This document shows, piece by piece, positions 18,464-27,830 of a DNA stretch of 64,000 nucleotides. Position 1 is the first letter of the stretch. Each line of letters opens with the position of its first letter. Both the position numbers and the translations under genes were made by a program. The stretch is from Fidelibacterota bacterium (GTDB lineage: Bacteria; Fidelibacterota; UBA2242; JAFGTP01): assembly GCA_016934035.1 (NCBI GenBank), contig JAFGTP010000054.1:90948-154947 (forward strand). The letters run 5' to 3'. The notes beneath the pieces are model-generated. The model was not told the origin of the DNA. It saw only the letters and a program-made list of their open reading frames with translations, and did no database searches.

Positions 18464-20014
18464 CTAAAGTGGAATATTACCATGTTTTTTAGGCGGATTA
18501 TCTTCTCGTTTATTGGCCAGCATTTCCAGGGCTTTAATCAGCTTGTAGCGAGTCACTTTAGGTTCGATGACCTCATCCACAAGCCCTTTTGCTGCGGCGA
18601 CATAGGGATTGGCAAATTTATCTCGGTATTCTTCCATTTTTTCAGTATGGACCTGGGCGGGATTTTCCGCACCTGTGATTTCTTTGGAAAAAATAATTTC
18701 CGAAGCGCCTTTGGGCCCCATGACAGCGATTTCAGCAGAGGGCCAGGCATAAACAATATCACCCCTCAAGTTTTTGGAGTTCATGACACAAAATGCACCG
18801 CCGTATCCTTTGCGGGTGATGACTGTAATTTTGGGAACAGTGGCTTCTCCGTAGGCATAGAGCATTTTGGCGCCATTTTTTATAATACCAGAAAATTCCT
18901 GGGCAGTGCCGGGCATAAAACCAGGAACGTCCTCAAAAGTAATGACAGGAATATTGAAGGCGTCGCAAAACCGGACAAACCGGGCGCCTTTGTTGGAGGA
19001 ATTGGAATCCAGCACGCCGGCCATCACTTTGGGTTGATTGGCAACAACGCCGATGGATTTTCCATTTAAACGAGCAAAACCAACAATAAGATTTTTTGCA
19101 TAGTCTTTTTGGACTTCAAAAAATACACCGTCATCAACAACTTTTGCAATCACTTCATGCATATCATAGGGTTTGTTTGTATCTTCCGGAACCAGATAGT
19201 TTAGGTCCTCATCAATTCTGTTGATTGGATCCTGGGAAGACAGGATCGGTGCTTCTTCCATATTATTTTGCGGTAGATATTTGATCAGTTCACGAACACC
19301 TGCAAAGAGTTCAGCTTCATCATCATAGGTAAAATGGGTGACTCCGCTTTTGGTTGCGTGGGTGTCAGCCCCTCCCAGTTCCTCGGCGGTGACGTCTTCA
19401 TGAGTGACGCTTTTGACAATTTTTGGACCGGTGAGAAACATGTAGGCTGATTTTCGAACCATGAAAATATAATCCGTCAGGGCCGGCGAATAGACAGCAC
19501 CACCGGCACAGGGCCCTACAATAGCACTGATCTGTGGAATGACTCCCGATGCCAAAATATTTTGTGTAAAGATATCGGTATAACCAGCCAAAGAATCAAC
19601 CCCTTCCTGAATTCTGGCGCCGCCGGAATCATTGATACCAATGATCGGCGATCCGGTCTTCATGGCCATTTCCTGGACCTTGATAATTTTTTCAGCCACA
19701 GTCTTTGATAGGGAACCCCCAAAAACAGTAAAGTCAAAGGAATATACAAAAACAAGACGTCCGTGTATACTGCCATAGCCGGTTACCACGCCATCGCCCA
19801 GCACTTTGGATTTTTCCATACCAAAATCATTACAACCATGAAGTTTAAAAGCATCCAATTCTTCAAAGCTGTTTTCATCCAAGAGGGTATAAATTCTTTC
19901 CCGGGCTGTCAGTTTTCCCTTTTGATGCTGTTTATCAATCAGGGCCTGACCACCACCCAGTTTTGATTTTTCAATCTTTTCCTTTAGTTCAAGGATTTTT
20001 CTTTCCCTGCTCAT
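18464..20014 (-). CDS. mmdA: Methylmalonyl-CoA decarboxylase alpha subunit / carboxyltransferase (propionyl-CoA carboxylase beta family)
   Basis: The layout is typical of the carboxyltransferase family: 'GKLTARERI', 'GGARIQEG', '[15 protein letters not shown]' and 'YGGAFCVM'. The RBS is AAGGAG. Confidence 0.9.
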   Translation of the reverse strand: MSRERKILELKEKIEKSKLGGGQALIDKQHQKGKLTARERIYTLLDENSFEELDAFKLHGCNDFGMEKSKVLGDGVVTGYGSIHGRLVFVYSFDFTVFGGSLSKTVAEKIIKVQEMAMKTGSPIIGINDSGGARIQEGVDSLAGYTDIFTQNILASGVIPQISAIVGPCAGGAVYSPALTDYIFMVRKSAYMFLTGPKIVKSVTHEDVTAEELGGADTHATKSGVTHFTYDDEAELFAGVRELIKYLPQNNMEEAPILSSQDPINRIDEDLNYLVPEDTNKPYDMHEVIAKVVDDGVFFEVQKDYAKNLIVGFARLNGKSIGVVANQPKVMAGVLDSNSSNKGARFVRFCDAFNIPVITFEDVPGFMPGTAQEFSGIIKNGAKMLYAYGEATVPKITVITRKGYGGAFCVMNSKNLRGDIVYAWPSAEIAVMGPKGASEIIFSKEITGAENPAQVHTEKMEEYRDKFANPYVAAAKGLVDEVIEPKVTRYKLIKALEMLANKREDNPPKKHGNIPL

Positions 20015-20156
20015 TATAGCTCCTTAATATATTGTATTATTCAATTTTGAATGAAACCTTAAATTTAACAACTTTCAAAGAATTGTACATCTTTTTTTTA
20101 GACTGCAGGCTTCATAGCCTGAAGGTTTGGGTCATAAAACCAGTGGTTCCGGGGAG

Positions 20157-20567
20157 TTACTCTCCATGCTTCACTTCTGTCAATTCCGTAAGTACTTTTC
20201 CCGATGACTTGGGATGGATGAAGGCGATTTTGGTTTCATGGGCGCCTGTTCTGGGCGTTTGATCAATCATTTGAAGCCCCATGGTCTGTATATTTTCTAT
20301 TTCTTCATCGATATTATCTGTCTGGTAAGCAATGTGATGAATGCCTTCGCCTTTTTTTTCTATATATTTGGCTATCGGGCTGTCTGCACTGGTAGGTTCC
20401 AATAGTTCAATTTTGGCTTCGCCTATTCTGAACATGGCAACTTTTACCATCTGGTCAGGTACTTCCTCGATTCCGGCAAATTCCATTTTTAAAACGTCCT
20501 GATAAAAGGGAATCTGTTCTTCCAGAGATTTTACGGCAATTCCGATGTGATTAATTTGTGTCAGCAT
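20157..20567 (-). CDS. mce: Methylmalonyl-CoA epimerase (VOC/glyoxalase fold)
   Basis: It is 136 aa, with 'INHIGIAV', 'EGIHHIAY' and 'KIAFIHPKS'. It is embedded in the mutase/decarboxylase operon. Confidence 0.8.
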   Translation of the reverse strand: MLTQINHIGIAVKSLEEQIPFYQDVLKMEFAGIEEVPDQMVKVAMFRIGEAKIELLEPTSADSPIAKYIEKKGEGIHHIAYQTDNIDEEIENIQTMGLQMIDQTPRTGAHETKIAFIHPKSSGKVLTELTEVKHGE

Positions 20568-21522
20568 TTTCCGATGACTCCTCTAAAAAATTTTTTATTT
20601 TTTGATTGAAAAATGAGTATGGACTGATCTCTCCACTGATCAATTTTTCAGCCCAGTGATCGATATTTTTTTCGGTTTCCAGGTTTTTGTTAATTACAGT
20701 CATAATTTTGGATATCAGGAGGTGTTGAATTTCTTCCCTGACCCGTTTTTTTCGTTTATGAGTCAGGCGGTTACTTGTTTTCAGTCTGCTATAATAGTCT
20801 TCAATAGTATGGGTTAATTCAACTATTCCGATATTTTCCACGGCCGAGGTGAGCACTACCGGATTTTTCAATTCATCATAACCTTTGAGGCTGAGCATGT
20901 AATTGACTTCTGCCTCCAGTTTTTCAATGCCATCGTGGTCTTTTTTATTGAGAATATAAATATCACCGATTTCCATGACGCCGGCTTTGAGGGCTTGGAT
21001 TTCATCGCCCATTCCCGGCACGAGGACCAGCAGGACAATATCAGCAACTTCGATGATCTCAATTTCAGTTTGACCAACTCCGATGGATTCAATGATGATC
21101 AAATCATAACCGGCTGCGTCCAGTACCCGGACCGCATCAGTCGTATTGCCGGCAACACCACCCAGATGGCCTCGTGATGCCATAGACCGGATGAAGACAT
21201 TCGGGTCTGTGGCGTGGGATTGCATTCTCAATCTGTCACCCAAAACTGCTCCTCCTGAAAAGGGTGAACTGGGATCAACGGCAATTACCGCAACTTTTTT
21301 TCCCTTACTTCGTTCCTGATCGATTAATTTGTCTACCAGTGTGCTTTTTCCAGCCCCTGGGGGGCCAGTCACGCCCCAGACAACAGCATTCCCACATTTT
21401 GAATAGATGGAATCAATGAATTTTTCTTTGTCAGGATGTCCGTTTTCAACCAGTGTAATAGCCTTGGCAACGGCCCTGATTTCTCCCTTTAAAACCCTGT
21501 CCACCAATTCCATAAATAGCAA
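20551..21522 (-). CDS. meaB: Methylmalonyl-CoA mutase-associated G-protein chaperone (MeaB/ArgK)
   Basis: The P-loop 'GPPGAGKST' is present, along with 'VDPSSPFSGGAVLGDR', 'ESIGVGQ' and 'NKKD'. It overlaps the epimerase start by 17 nt. Confidence 0.9.
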   Translation of the reverse strand: MLFMELVDRVLKGEIRAVAKAITLVENGHPDKEKFIDSIYSKCGNAVVWGVTGPPGAGKSTLVDKLIDQERSKGKKVAVIAVDPSSPFSGGAVLGDRLRMQSHATDPNVFIRSMASRGHLGGVAGNTTDAVRVLDAAGYDLIIIESIGVGQTEIEIIEVADIVLLVLVPGMGDEIQALKAGVMEIGDIYILNKKDHDGIEKLEAEVNYMLSLKGYDELKNPVVLTSAVENIGIVELTHTIEDYYSRLKTSNRLTHKRKKRVREEIQHLLISKIMTVINKNLETEKNIDHWAEKLISGEISPYSFFNQKIKNFLEESSENADTN

Positions 21523-21523
21523 T

Positions 21524-21922
21524 CTATTTCACGGATTCTATAAATTTTACGACATCAGAAATGGGGGTGCCCGGTGTAAAAACGGCTTCCACTCCATGCT
21601 CCAGCAGAAAAGGAATGTCACGGTCAGGAATGACTCCTCCTCCAAAGACATGGATGTCGGATGCCTCCTGCTCTTTCAGCTTGTCGACTATTTTTGGAAA
21701 GAGTTCCTTGTGTGCGCCGGACAGCAGGCTCAAGCCGATAAATTGAACATCTTCCTGAATTGCTGTGGCGACGATACTGTCCGGGGTTTGTCTCAGACCG
21801 GTATAGATGACCTCGTATCCTTCATCCTTTAATGCGCGGGCGATGTACTTTGCACCTCTGTCATGACCATCCAATCCAGGTTTTGCAATTAATATTCTCA
21901 CTTTTTCAGACATGTTTTTCAC
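21524..21922 (-). CDS. Methylmalonyl-CoA mutase, separate B12-binding subunit
   Basis: 'KPGLDGHDRGAKYIARALKDEGYEVIYTG' contains the DxHxxG cobalamin-binding motif. It is 132 aa and encoded as a stand-alone polypeptide. Confidence 0.9.
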   Translation of the reverse strand: MKNMSEKVRILIAKPGLDGHDRGAKYIARALKDEGYEVIYTGLRQTPDSIVATAIQEDVQFIGLSLLSGAHKELFPKIVDKLKEQEASDIHVFGGGVIPDRDIPFLLEHGVEAVFTPGTPISDVVKFIESVK

Positions 21923-21930
21923 CTTTCCTA

Positions 21931-23601
21931 TTAAAGCACGATGGATTCTTTGTATTCACCAAATTCTTTTCTAAGGACATTGCATATTTCACCGAGAGTC
22001 GCATATTCACGGGCTGCGTCCAGAATTAAAGGCATCAGGTTAACATCAGGATTTTTTGCGCCTGCTTCCAGGGCTGCCAGTTTATTGGCCACCTTCTCAT
22101 TGTTGCGTTTCGCTTTGACATCTGCAATTTTTTGGGATTGTATTTCACGCAATCTGGGGTTGACTTCAAGAATATCTTCAGGTTGGTCTTCTTTGGTTTG
22201 GAATTTATTGACGCCAACGATAATTCTTTCACTGCTTTCGATCTCTTTTTGATACCGGTAGGCAGAGTCCTGAATCTGTTTTTGGACATAGCCTTTTTCT
22301 ATGGCTTTGACCATGCCGCCAATACTTTCAATTTTGTTAATATAATCCCAGACCTCGGATTCGATACGGTCGGTCATTTCTTCAACGATATAGGATCCTG
22401 CCAGGGGATCTATAGTATTGGCAACTCCGGATTCGTGGGCTACAATCTGTTGAGTCCGCAGAGCAATCTGGACCGATTGTTCGGTTGGCAGGCCCAGGGC
22501 CTCATCCCTGGAATTGGTATGCAATGACTGTGTGCCGCCCAGTACTGCGGCTAAGGTTTGTATTGCTACACGAACAATATTATTATCCGGCTGCTGGGCA
22601 GTCAGTGTGCTGCCACCGGTCTGGGTGTGAAAACGAAGCATCATGGATTTGGGGTTTTGGGCCTGAAATTTTTCCTTCATGATTTTTGCCCAGATACGAC
22701 GAGCAGCGCGAAATTTTGCGACTTCTTCCAGGAGGTCATTATGAGCATTAAAAAAGAAAGATAATCTGCCGGAAAACACATCAACATCCAGTCCCACCTC
22801 AATGGCAGCCCTGACATATTCAATGCCATCGGCCAGTGTAAAAGCCACTTCCTGAGCGGCTGTTGAACCCGCTTCACGTATATGATAGCCGGATATGGAA
22901 ATGGTATTCCAGTTTGGTACTTCTCTGGAGCAGTAATCAAAGATATTCGTGATTAATCTCAGAGAGGGTTTGGGAGGAAAGATGTAGGTTCCGCGGGCAA
23001 TATATTCTTTCAAGATATCATTTTGTATTGTTCCGTTGAGTTTATCCTTGGTGACACCCTGCTTTTCTGCTACGGCAATGTAAAAAGCCAGCAGTACAGC
23101 CGCCGGTGCATTGATGGTCATGGAGGTAGATACTTTGTCCAGGGGAATGCCATCAAAAAGGATTTCCATGTCCGCCAGAGAATCGATGGCTACGCCGACT
23201 TTGCCGACTTCACCAATGCTTTCTTCAGCATCAGAATCATAACCGATCTGGGTTGGCAGGTCGAAAGCAATCGAAAGGCCGGTTTGTCCGGCATTCAACA
23301 GATATTTATAGCGTTCATTGGATTCTTCGGCTGTTCCAAATCCCGCATACTGGCGCATGGTCCAGAACCGGCCGCGATACATTGTGGGCTGAACGCCTCG
23401 TGTAAAAGGATATTCTCCGGGGAAACCGAGCTTTTCAAAATATTCTTCACCGCAATCTTTTGGTAAACCCAGGCGTTCGAGGGGCATCCAGGAACCGGTG
23501 GTAAAATTCGCATTTCTTTCAGGAAACTTGTTAATGAGTTTATTGACAACGTTGGATTCCCAGCGTTCTTTTTCCTGAGCCACTTTAGATTTATTCGACA
23601 T
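21931..23601 (-). CDS. Methylmalonyl-CoA mutase, catalytic (large) subunit
   Basis: '[24 protein letters not shown]' and '[17 protein letters not shown]' are mutase TIM-barrel motifs. I place the start at ATG 23601, preceded by GGGAG, rather than at 23655. Confidence 0.9.
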   Translation of the reverse strand: MSNKSKVAQEKERWESNVVNKLINKFPERNANFTTGSWMPLERLGLPKDCGEEYFEKLGFPGEYPFTRGVQPTMYRGRFWTMRQYAGFGTAEESNERYKYLLNAGQTGLSIAFDLPTQIGYDSDAEESIGEVGKVGVAIDSLADMEILFDGIPLDKVSTSMTINAPAAVLLAFYIAVAEKQGVTKDKLNGTIQNDILKEYIARGTYIFPPKPSLRLITNIFDYCSREVPNWNTISISGYHIREAGSTAAQEVAFTLADGIEYVRAAIEVGLDVDVFSGRLSFFFNAHNDLLEEVAKFRAARRIWAKIMKEKFQAQNPKSMMLRFHTQTGGSTLTAQQPDNNIVRVAIQTLAAVLGGTQSLHTNSRDEALGLPTEQSVQIALRTQQIVAHESGVANTIDPLAGSYIVEEMTDRIESEVWDYINKIESIGGMVKAIEKGYVQKQIQDSAYRYQKEIESSERIIVGVNKFQTKEDQPEDILEVNPRLREIQSQKIADVKAKRNNEKVANKLAALEAGAKNPDVNLMPLILDAAREYATLGEICNVLRKEFGEYKESIVL

Positions 23602-23877
23602 CCAAATCTCCCTTGTTTTTATATTCGATATTTTAAGTCCGTTATTAAGTGTCAAATTTTATGCCACAGGCTTTTTGGGATTAAAATTATTGATGAATAT
23701 TTCTTTAAATTTTAAAATAGCCTCTGAAAAAATAACGGGCAAGGATCAACAGGGGAGTATTTTTTAATAGCAATCTACCCTAAATCCACCATTCAATTGA
23801 AAATAAAATTCCGAATTATTTTTAAATTTTAAAGAAATGGAAATGAATTTTCTCATTTTAGGGAAAATGGCAGACCC

Positions 23878-25020
23878 TTATTTATGGACCAGAAAACTTT
23901 TATTATGAAACACATCCTTGAAGTCAATTTTTTTGTTGCTGATCTCTTCGAAAAGACTTTCGACTTCATCGCTATGTTCCAGGAACAATTCCAGCAGCAT
24001 GGGATCAAAATGCTTGGTTGAAATACGGTTATCTCCCTGAGTGATAATTGTTAAAGCCTGCTGGTGGGACATTCCCTCCTTGTAGGGGCGTTTGCTTCGT
24101 AAGGCATCGTAAATATCTACCATCATCACAATTCTGCCTTCAAGAGGAATATTCTCACCCGCCAAGCCTCGGGGATAACCACTTCCATCCCATTTTTCAT
24201 GATGAGATTCGGCAATAATCGCGGCGGTTTTTAAAATTTCCGAATCCGAACCATGGAGCATCTGGGCTCCCATGGTGGTATGTCGTTTCATTATATCAAA
24301 TTCCTTTTCAGTCAGTGCTGCCTTCTTAAGTAATATTTCGCTGGGAATACCGATTTTGCCGATATCATGCATAGGTGCAGCGAAGTACATTCTTTCGACT
24401 TCATCTTCAGAAAATCCAAGGATGGAGGTAAAAAGGGAGGAGAGGGAACTGATACGCAACAAGTGCTCCGTGGTATCACTGTCTTTATGTTCTGCCGCCA
24501 TGGACAATCGGTAGACTGTGTCAATATAGGCTGCTTTTATTCTCTCATTAGCCAGGATGAGTTCATCATTCATTTTGAGAATTTCACCGGCTTTTTTTTC
24601 AATTTCCTGCTTCAGGGTGATATTGTATTGCTTCAGAAATTTTGAATATTCCCGTAATTTGAGCATGTTGCGAACACGCAGAATTAGCTCCGGAGCCTCA
24701 ACCGGTTTGGAAATAAAATCATTAGCGCCAACCTTCAACCCTTCCATTCGGCTTTCAAAATCCCGCAAACCGGTCAGAAAAAGAACAGGTATGTCCTGGT
24801 AGGATTCGTTTTTTTTAATGGCCGTGCAGACTTCAAATCCATTCAGACCCGGCATCTGAACATCCAGCAGGACCAGATCATATTCCTGTCGAAAAACATG
24901 GTATATGGCATCTTCTCCGTCATAACAAAGGTCACACTGGTGTCCTTCTGTTTCTAAAATAGCTTTGAATACCTGGGCCAGTTGCTTTTCATCATCGCAA
25001 ATTAAAATTTTTCCAGTCAT
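23878..25020 (-). CDS. Response regulator with an HD-GYP output domain (putative c-di-GMP phosphodiesterase)
   Basis: The REC domain has 'ILICDDE' and 'LVLLDVQMPGLNG'. The HD-GYP domain has 'HDIGKIG' and 'HHEKWDGSGYPRGL'. Confidence 0.9.
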   Translation of the reverse strand: MTGKILICDDEKQLAQVFKAILETEGHQCDLCYDGEDAIYHVFRQEYDLVLLDVQMPGLNGFEVCTAIKKNESYQDIPVLFLTGLRDFESRMEGLKVGANDFISKPVEAPELILRVRNMLKLREYSKFLKQYNITLKQEIEKKAGEILKMNDELILANERIKAAYIDTVYRLSMAAEHKDSDTTEHLLRISSLSSLFTSILGFSEDEVERMYFAAPMHDIGKIGIPSEILLKKAALTEKEFDIMKRHTTMGAQMLHGSDSEILKTAAIIAESHHEKWDGSGYPRGLAGENIPLEGRIVMMVDIYDALRSKRPYKEGMSHQQALTIITQGDNRISTKHFDPMLLELFLEHSDEVESLFEEISNKKIDFKDVFHNKSFLVHK

Positions 25021-25029
25021 CTTATCCTG

Positions 25030-25866
25030 TCATATTCGATTAAAGGTTTTATTAATTTGGTAATCATTATTTATCTTTTCAACCGAAGCAGCCACAATAT
25101 TAGTATCGTGCGGAAATATCAACAATCCACCTTTTTCCCAGATTTTTTTTAGAAAAAAGGCTTTTTCCCTCAACAGGTCAACCGGATACAGGTCATAGGC
25201 CGATATATAATGAAGCGGAATATGGAAAGCCGTGGGAAACAAATCCGCACAATAAAACAGGGGCTGTTGCTGATCCTCAATTTCAAGGGTCAACAATCCC
25301 GGCGTATGTCCCCTGCTGTAATAAAACCGAATGCCATCCAGGGGTTGTTCTCCGGCCTTTAACAGCTGTAATTTTCCTTTTTCATAGAGCGGCAGAAAGT
25401 TTCTTTTGGTAAAACTGGCGCGATCGATCAAGGTCGGATTGTTGGCCCACTGGAATTGTTCTTCAGATGTATAATATTGGGCATTAGGAAAAAAAGGCAG
25501 TTGGGAACGATGGTTTATAAGACCGCCGGCATGATCAAAATGCAGGTGGGTAACAATAACATCGGTAATATCTTCAGGGGAAATCATGGCTTCAGCCAGG
25601 GCCCTTTCCAGGCTGGTATCATCCTCAATATTAAAAATTATTCGTAACTTTTCTCCAACCCCGTTTCCCACACCGGTGTCCACCAGGATTTTTCTGTTCT
25701 CCGATATCAATAATAGACAATGGGTTGCCATTTTTAATCGGTTATGCTCATCAGGGTTTACCTTTTTTTGCCAGATTGCCCGGGGTACCACACCAAATAT
25801 GCCGCCGCAATCCATGGCCAGAAATCCGGCGTTGATGGTTTTTACTTCAAATATACCGGTTTTCAT
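25030..25866 (-). CDS. Metallo-beta-lactamase-fold hydrolase
   Basis: 'VIVTHLHFDHAGG' is the HxHxDH motif, and downstream His/Asp residues are present. Confidence 0.8.
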   Translation of the reverse strand: MKTGIFEVKTINAGFLAMDCGGIFGVVPRAIWQKKVNPDEHNRLKMATHCLLLISENRKILVDTGVGNGVGEKLRIIFNIEDDTSLERALAEAMISPEDITDVIVTHLHFDHAGGLINHRSQLPFFPNAQYYTSEEQFQWANNPTLIDRASFTKRNFLPLYEKGKLQLLKAGEQPLDGIRFYYSRGHTPGLLTLEIEDQQQPLFYCADLFPTAFHIPLHYISAYDLYPVDLLREKAFFLKKIWEKGGLLIFPHDTNIVAASVEKINNDYQINKTFNRI

Positions 25867-26803
25867 TTTTACCTCCCTGGTAAGAATTTCTCTTTTCCAA
25901 TTCTCTGCGAATATATTCCAGTATCAGGGTTTTCTGGGTTGGAAAAAGAGGAGCAACCAGTGTGTCTCTTAAAGCGTCTCCGACCAACCGCTCAATCACA
26001 AGATCGGATCGTAACAATTCCAGATAATCGCAGATGAAAGGTATCCATTCTTCCTCGGTGAAAAGAGTGAAGGGTTTTTCTGCATAAATTTTGGCCAGGG
26101 GTGTGTGTTTAACGATATGCAAATTGTGAATTTTTATACCGGTCAATGGCAATTGATTGATAATTTTTGTGGAATCCAGCATTTCCAGCCGGGTTTCTGT
26201 AGGAAAGCCAAGAATATAATGGCCACTGACATTGATGTTTTTCGCAACAGCTCTGTTTATGGCTTTTTCTGCGGTGGCAAAATCATGTCCCCGATTGACC
26301 CATTTCAGGGTTTTGTCATAGACAGATTCGATACCCAATTCCAGGCTTACAAAATAATCTTGAGCAATATCCTGGAGCAGGTCCAGCACCGGACCGGGTA
26401 AACAGTCGGGACGGGTGCCGATAATGAGCCCTGCGATTTCCGGAAAATCCAGGGCTTCACGATACAGTTTTTCCAAATCTTTGACGGGTGCATAGGTATT
26501 GGTATAGCTTTGAAAATAGGCAAAAAATATACGGGTGTCTTTTTTTCGCGTAAACTTGTTGCTACGCAGAGTTTGCGTGATCTGATCATGGATCGAAAGA
26601 ATATCTTTTCTCTGATTTGCGGCAAAACTGGTATTGTCACAATAGAGGCAGCCTTCAGTACCGATATGACCGTCGCGAACCGGACAGGTAAAACCGGCAT
26701 CAATTCCGATTCGATAGACCTTCTGTCCAAATTTCTGCTTTATGTAATGGGAATAGCGATAATACCGATATTCCTGGGGAAAAGGTAAAGGATCAGGCAT
26801 CAT
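25847..26803 (-). CDS. Radical SAM protein of the YhcC / TIGR01212 type
   Basis: 'GFTCPVRDGHIGTEGCLYCDN', 'FQSYTNTY', 'GTRPDC', 'LELGIESVYDKTLKWVNRGH' and 'GIKIHNLHIVK' are colinear with my recollection of E. coli YhcC. Confidence 0.85.
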   Translation of the reverse strand: MMPDPLPFPQEYRYYRYSHYIKQKFGQKVYRIGIDAGFTCPVRDGHIGTEGCLYCDNTSFAANQRKDILSIHDQITQTLRSNKFTRKKDTRIFFAYFQSYTNTYAPVKDLEKLYREALDFPEIAGLIIGTRPDCLPGPVLDLLQDIAQDYFVSLELGIESVYDKTLKWVNRGHDFATAEKAINRAVAKNINVSGHYILGFPTETRLEMLDSTKIINQLPLTGIKIHNLHIVKHTPLAKIYAEKPFTLFTEEEWIPFICDYLELLRSDLVIERLVGDALRDTLVAPLFPTQKTLILEYIRRELEKRNSYQGGKNENRYI

Positions 26804-27827
26804 AAAGATCAGCGTATTTGTTTTTTTTTAGAATAAAGGAGACTAAGGCGATGGGTTTTTTATAAAATTTATGCATAATGGCCCGGTCAGAAACTTTTCG
26901 CAACCCGCTGGTCTTTTTTCTTTTCTCTTTAATCATTGGCAAATGGAACAGGAGCCAGAAGTGAGCTTTGAACACAGCCCTGAAGCGTCCGAAATCAAAA
27001 GTAACCAGTGATTCTATTGCTGCCATCCAGTCCAGCAATATTCTGGCCGGCAGAATATACAATAAAGTCGTCCAGCGGTAATTGGCAATCAGCATGTATA
27101 GAGAATTCCGGTGGTTCAGATATTTTTTAAAAGGTGACTCTGCACCGAGCGTGTACCCGGAACGATGAAAAATTCGGGCCCTGGGATCTACAGCAAGTGT
27201 GTATCCCATCAATCGTAGCCTCCAATCCAGGTCTATTTCTTCCATGTGTGCAAAAAAAGTGGCGTCAAACAGGCCCGCTTCCAGTAAAAGGCTTCTGCGG
27301 GCCAGAAAAGCGGTTCCGGAGGCCCAGATGATCTCCCGATCCAGATGGTCATATTGCTTTTCATCTTTTTCAATGTGGTGAAAAAAGCGGCCTCTTGCAA
27401 AGGGAAACCCGAAAATATCCATCTCTCCGCCATTGGCGCCGGAGTAATCAAAATTTCCTGGATTTTGATAAGAAATCAATTTTGGCTGGACGGCTGCAAT
27501 TTTCTGATCGCTTTCCAGGGTTTCTAGAAGATATTCAATCCAATTTTTTTCATGGGTGGTATCGTTGTTGAGAATGAGAACATATTCGTTGGCGGCAGCT
27601 TTGATTCCCACATTGCATCCACCGGCAAATCCAAGGTTTTTTTCTTGTTGAAGGACCACAACATCAGGAAAAAGGTGCCGGACCATGTCCACACTGTCGT
27701 CAGATGAACCATTATCGACAAGAATGACCTCCAGAGCCACTCTTGTCGATTGAAATAATGATTCCAGACAATCTTTTAATATTTCTTCCCCATTATAATG
27801 GGGAATGATCACTGAGACCTTGGACAT
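26793..27827 (-). CDS. Family 2 glycosyltransferase (WbbL/RfbF-like) with a hydrophobic C-terminal region
   Basis: 'VSVIIPHYNG', 'VDNGSSDDS', 'NLGFAGGCNVG' and 'LNNDT' are present. The C-terminus has hydrophobic segments. Confidence 0.85.
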   Translation of the reverse strand: MSKVSVIIPHYNGEEILKDCLESLFQSTRVALEVILVDNGSSDDSVDMVRHLFPDVVVLQQEKNLGFAGGCNVGIKAAANEYVLILNNDTTHEKNWIEYLLETLESDQKIAAVQPKLISYQNPGNFDYSGANGGEMDIFGFPFARGRFFHHIEKDEKQYDHLDREIIWASGTAFLARRSLLLEAGLFDATFFAHMEEIDLDWRLRLMGYTLAVDPRARIFHRSGYTLGAESPFKKYLNHRNSLYMLIANYRWTTLLYILPARILLDWMAAIESLVTFDFGRFRAVFKAHFWLLFHLPMIKEKRKKTSGLRKVSDRAIMHKFYKKPIALVSFILKKNKYADLYDA

Positions 27828-27830
27828 TAG

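Noticed and set aside
18482-19069. 195-aa plus-strand ORF inside the carboxyltransferase gene
   Set aside because: It is antisense to a very well supported gene. It has no RBS and its composition is implausible. I treat it as a shadow ORF.
20106-20121. CAGGCT/AGCCTG hairpin as an intrinsic terminator between the epimerase and the carboxyltransferase
   Set aside because: On the transcribed strand the stem is only 6 bp and is followed by an A-run, not a U-run. On the plus strand the T-run precedes the stem. I kept it only as a low-interest observation.
23602-23877. Possible cobalamin riboswitch or other leader upstream of the B12-dependent mutase operon
   Set aside because: The region is very AT-rich. 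I could not find a B12-box-like GC-rich core or stable nested helices, only weak AT hairpins. A covariance-model scan would be needed to exclude it formally.
25847-26803. Radical SAM enzyme as a RiPP maturase, with a hidden precursor peptide nearby
   Set aside because: The protein is colinear with the YhcC/TIGR01212 family (CPxRDG...GGCxxC) and has no SPASM or RRE-type extension. The flanks are fully occupied by overlapping genes, which leaves no room for a small precursor ORF.
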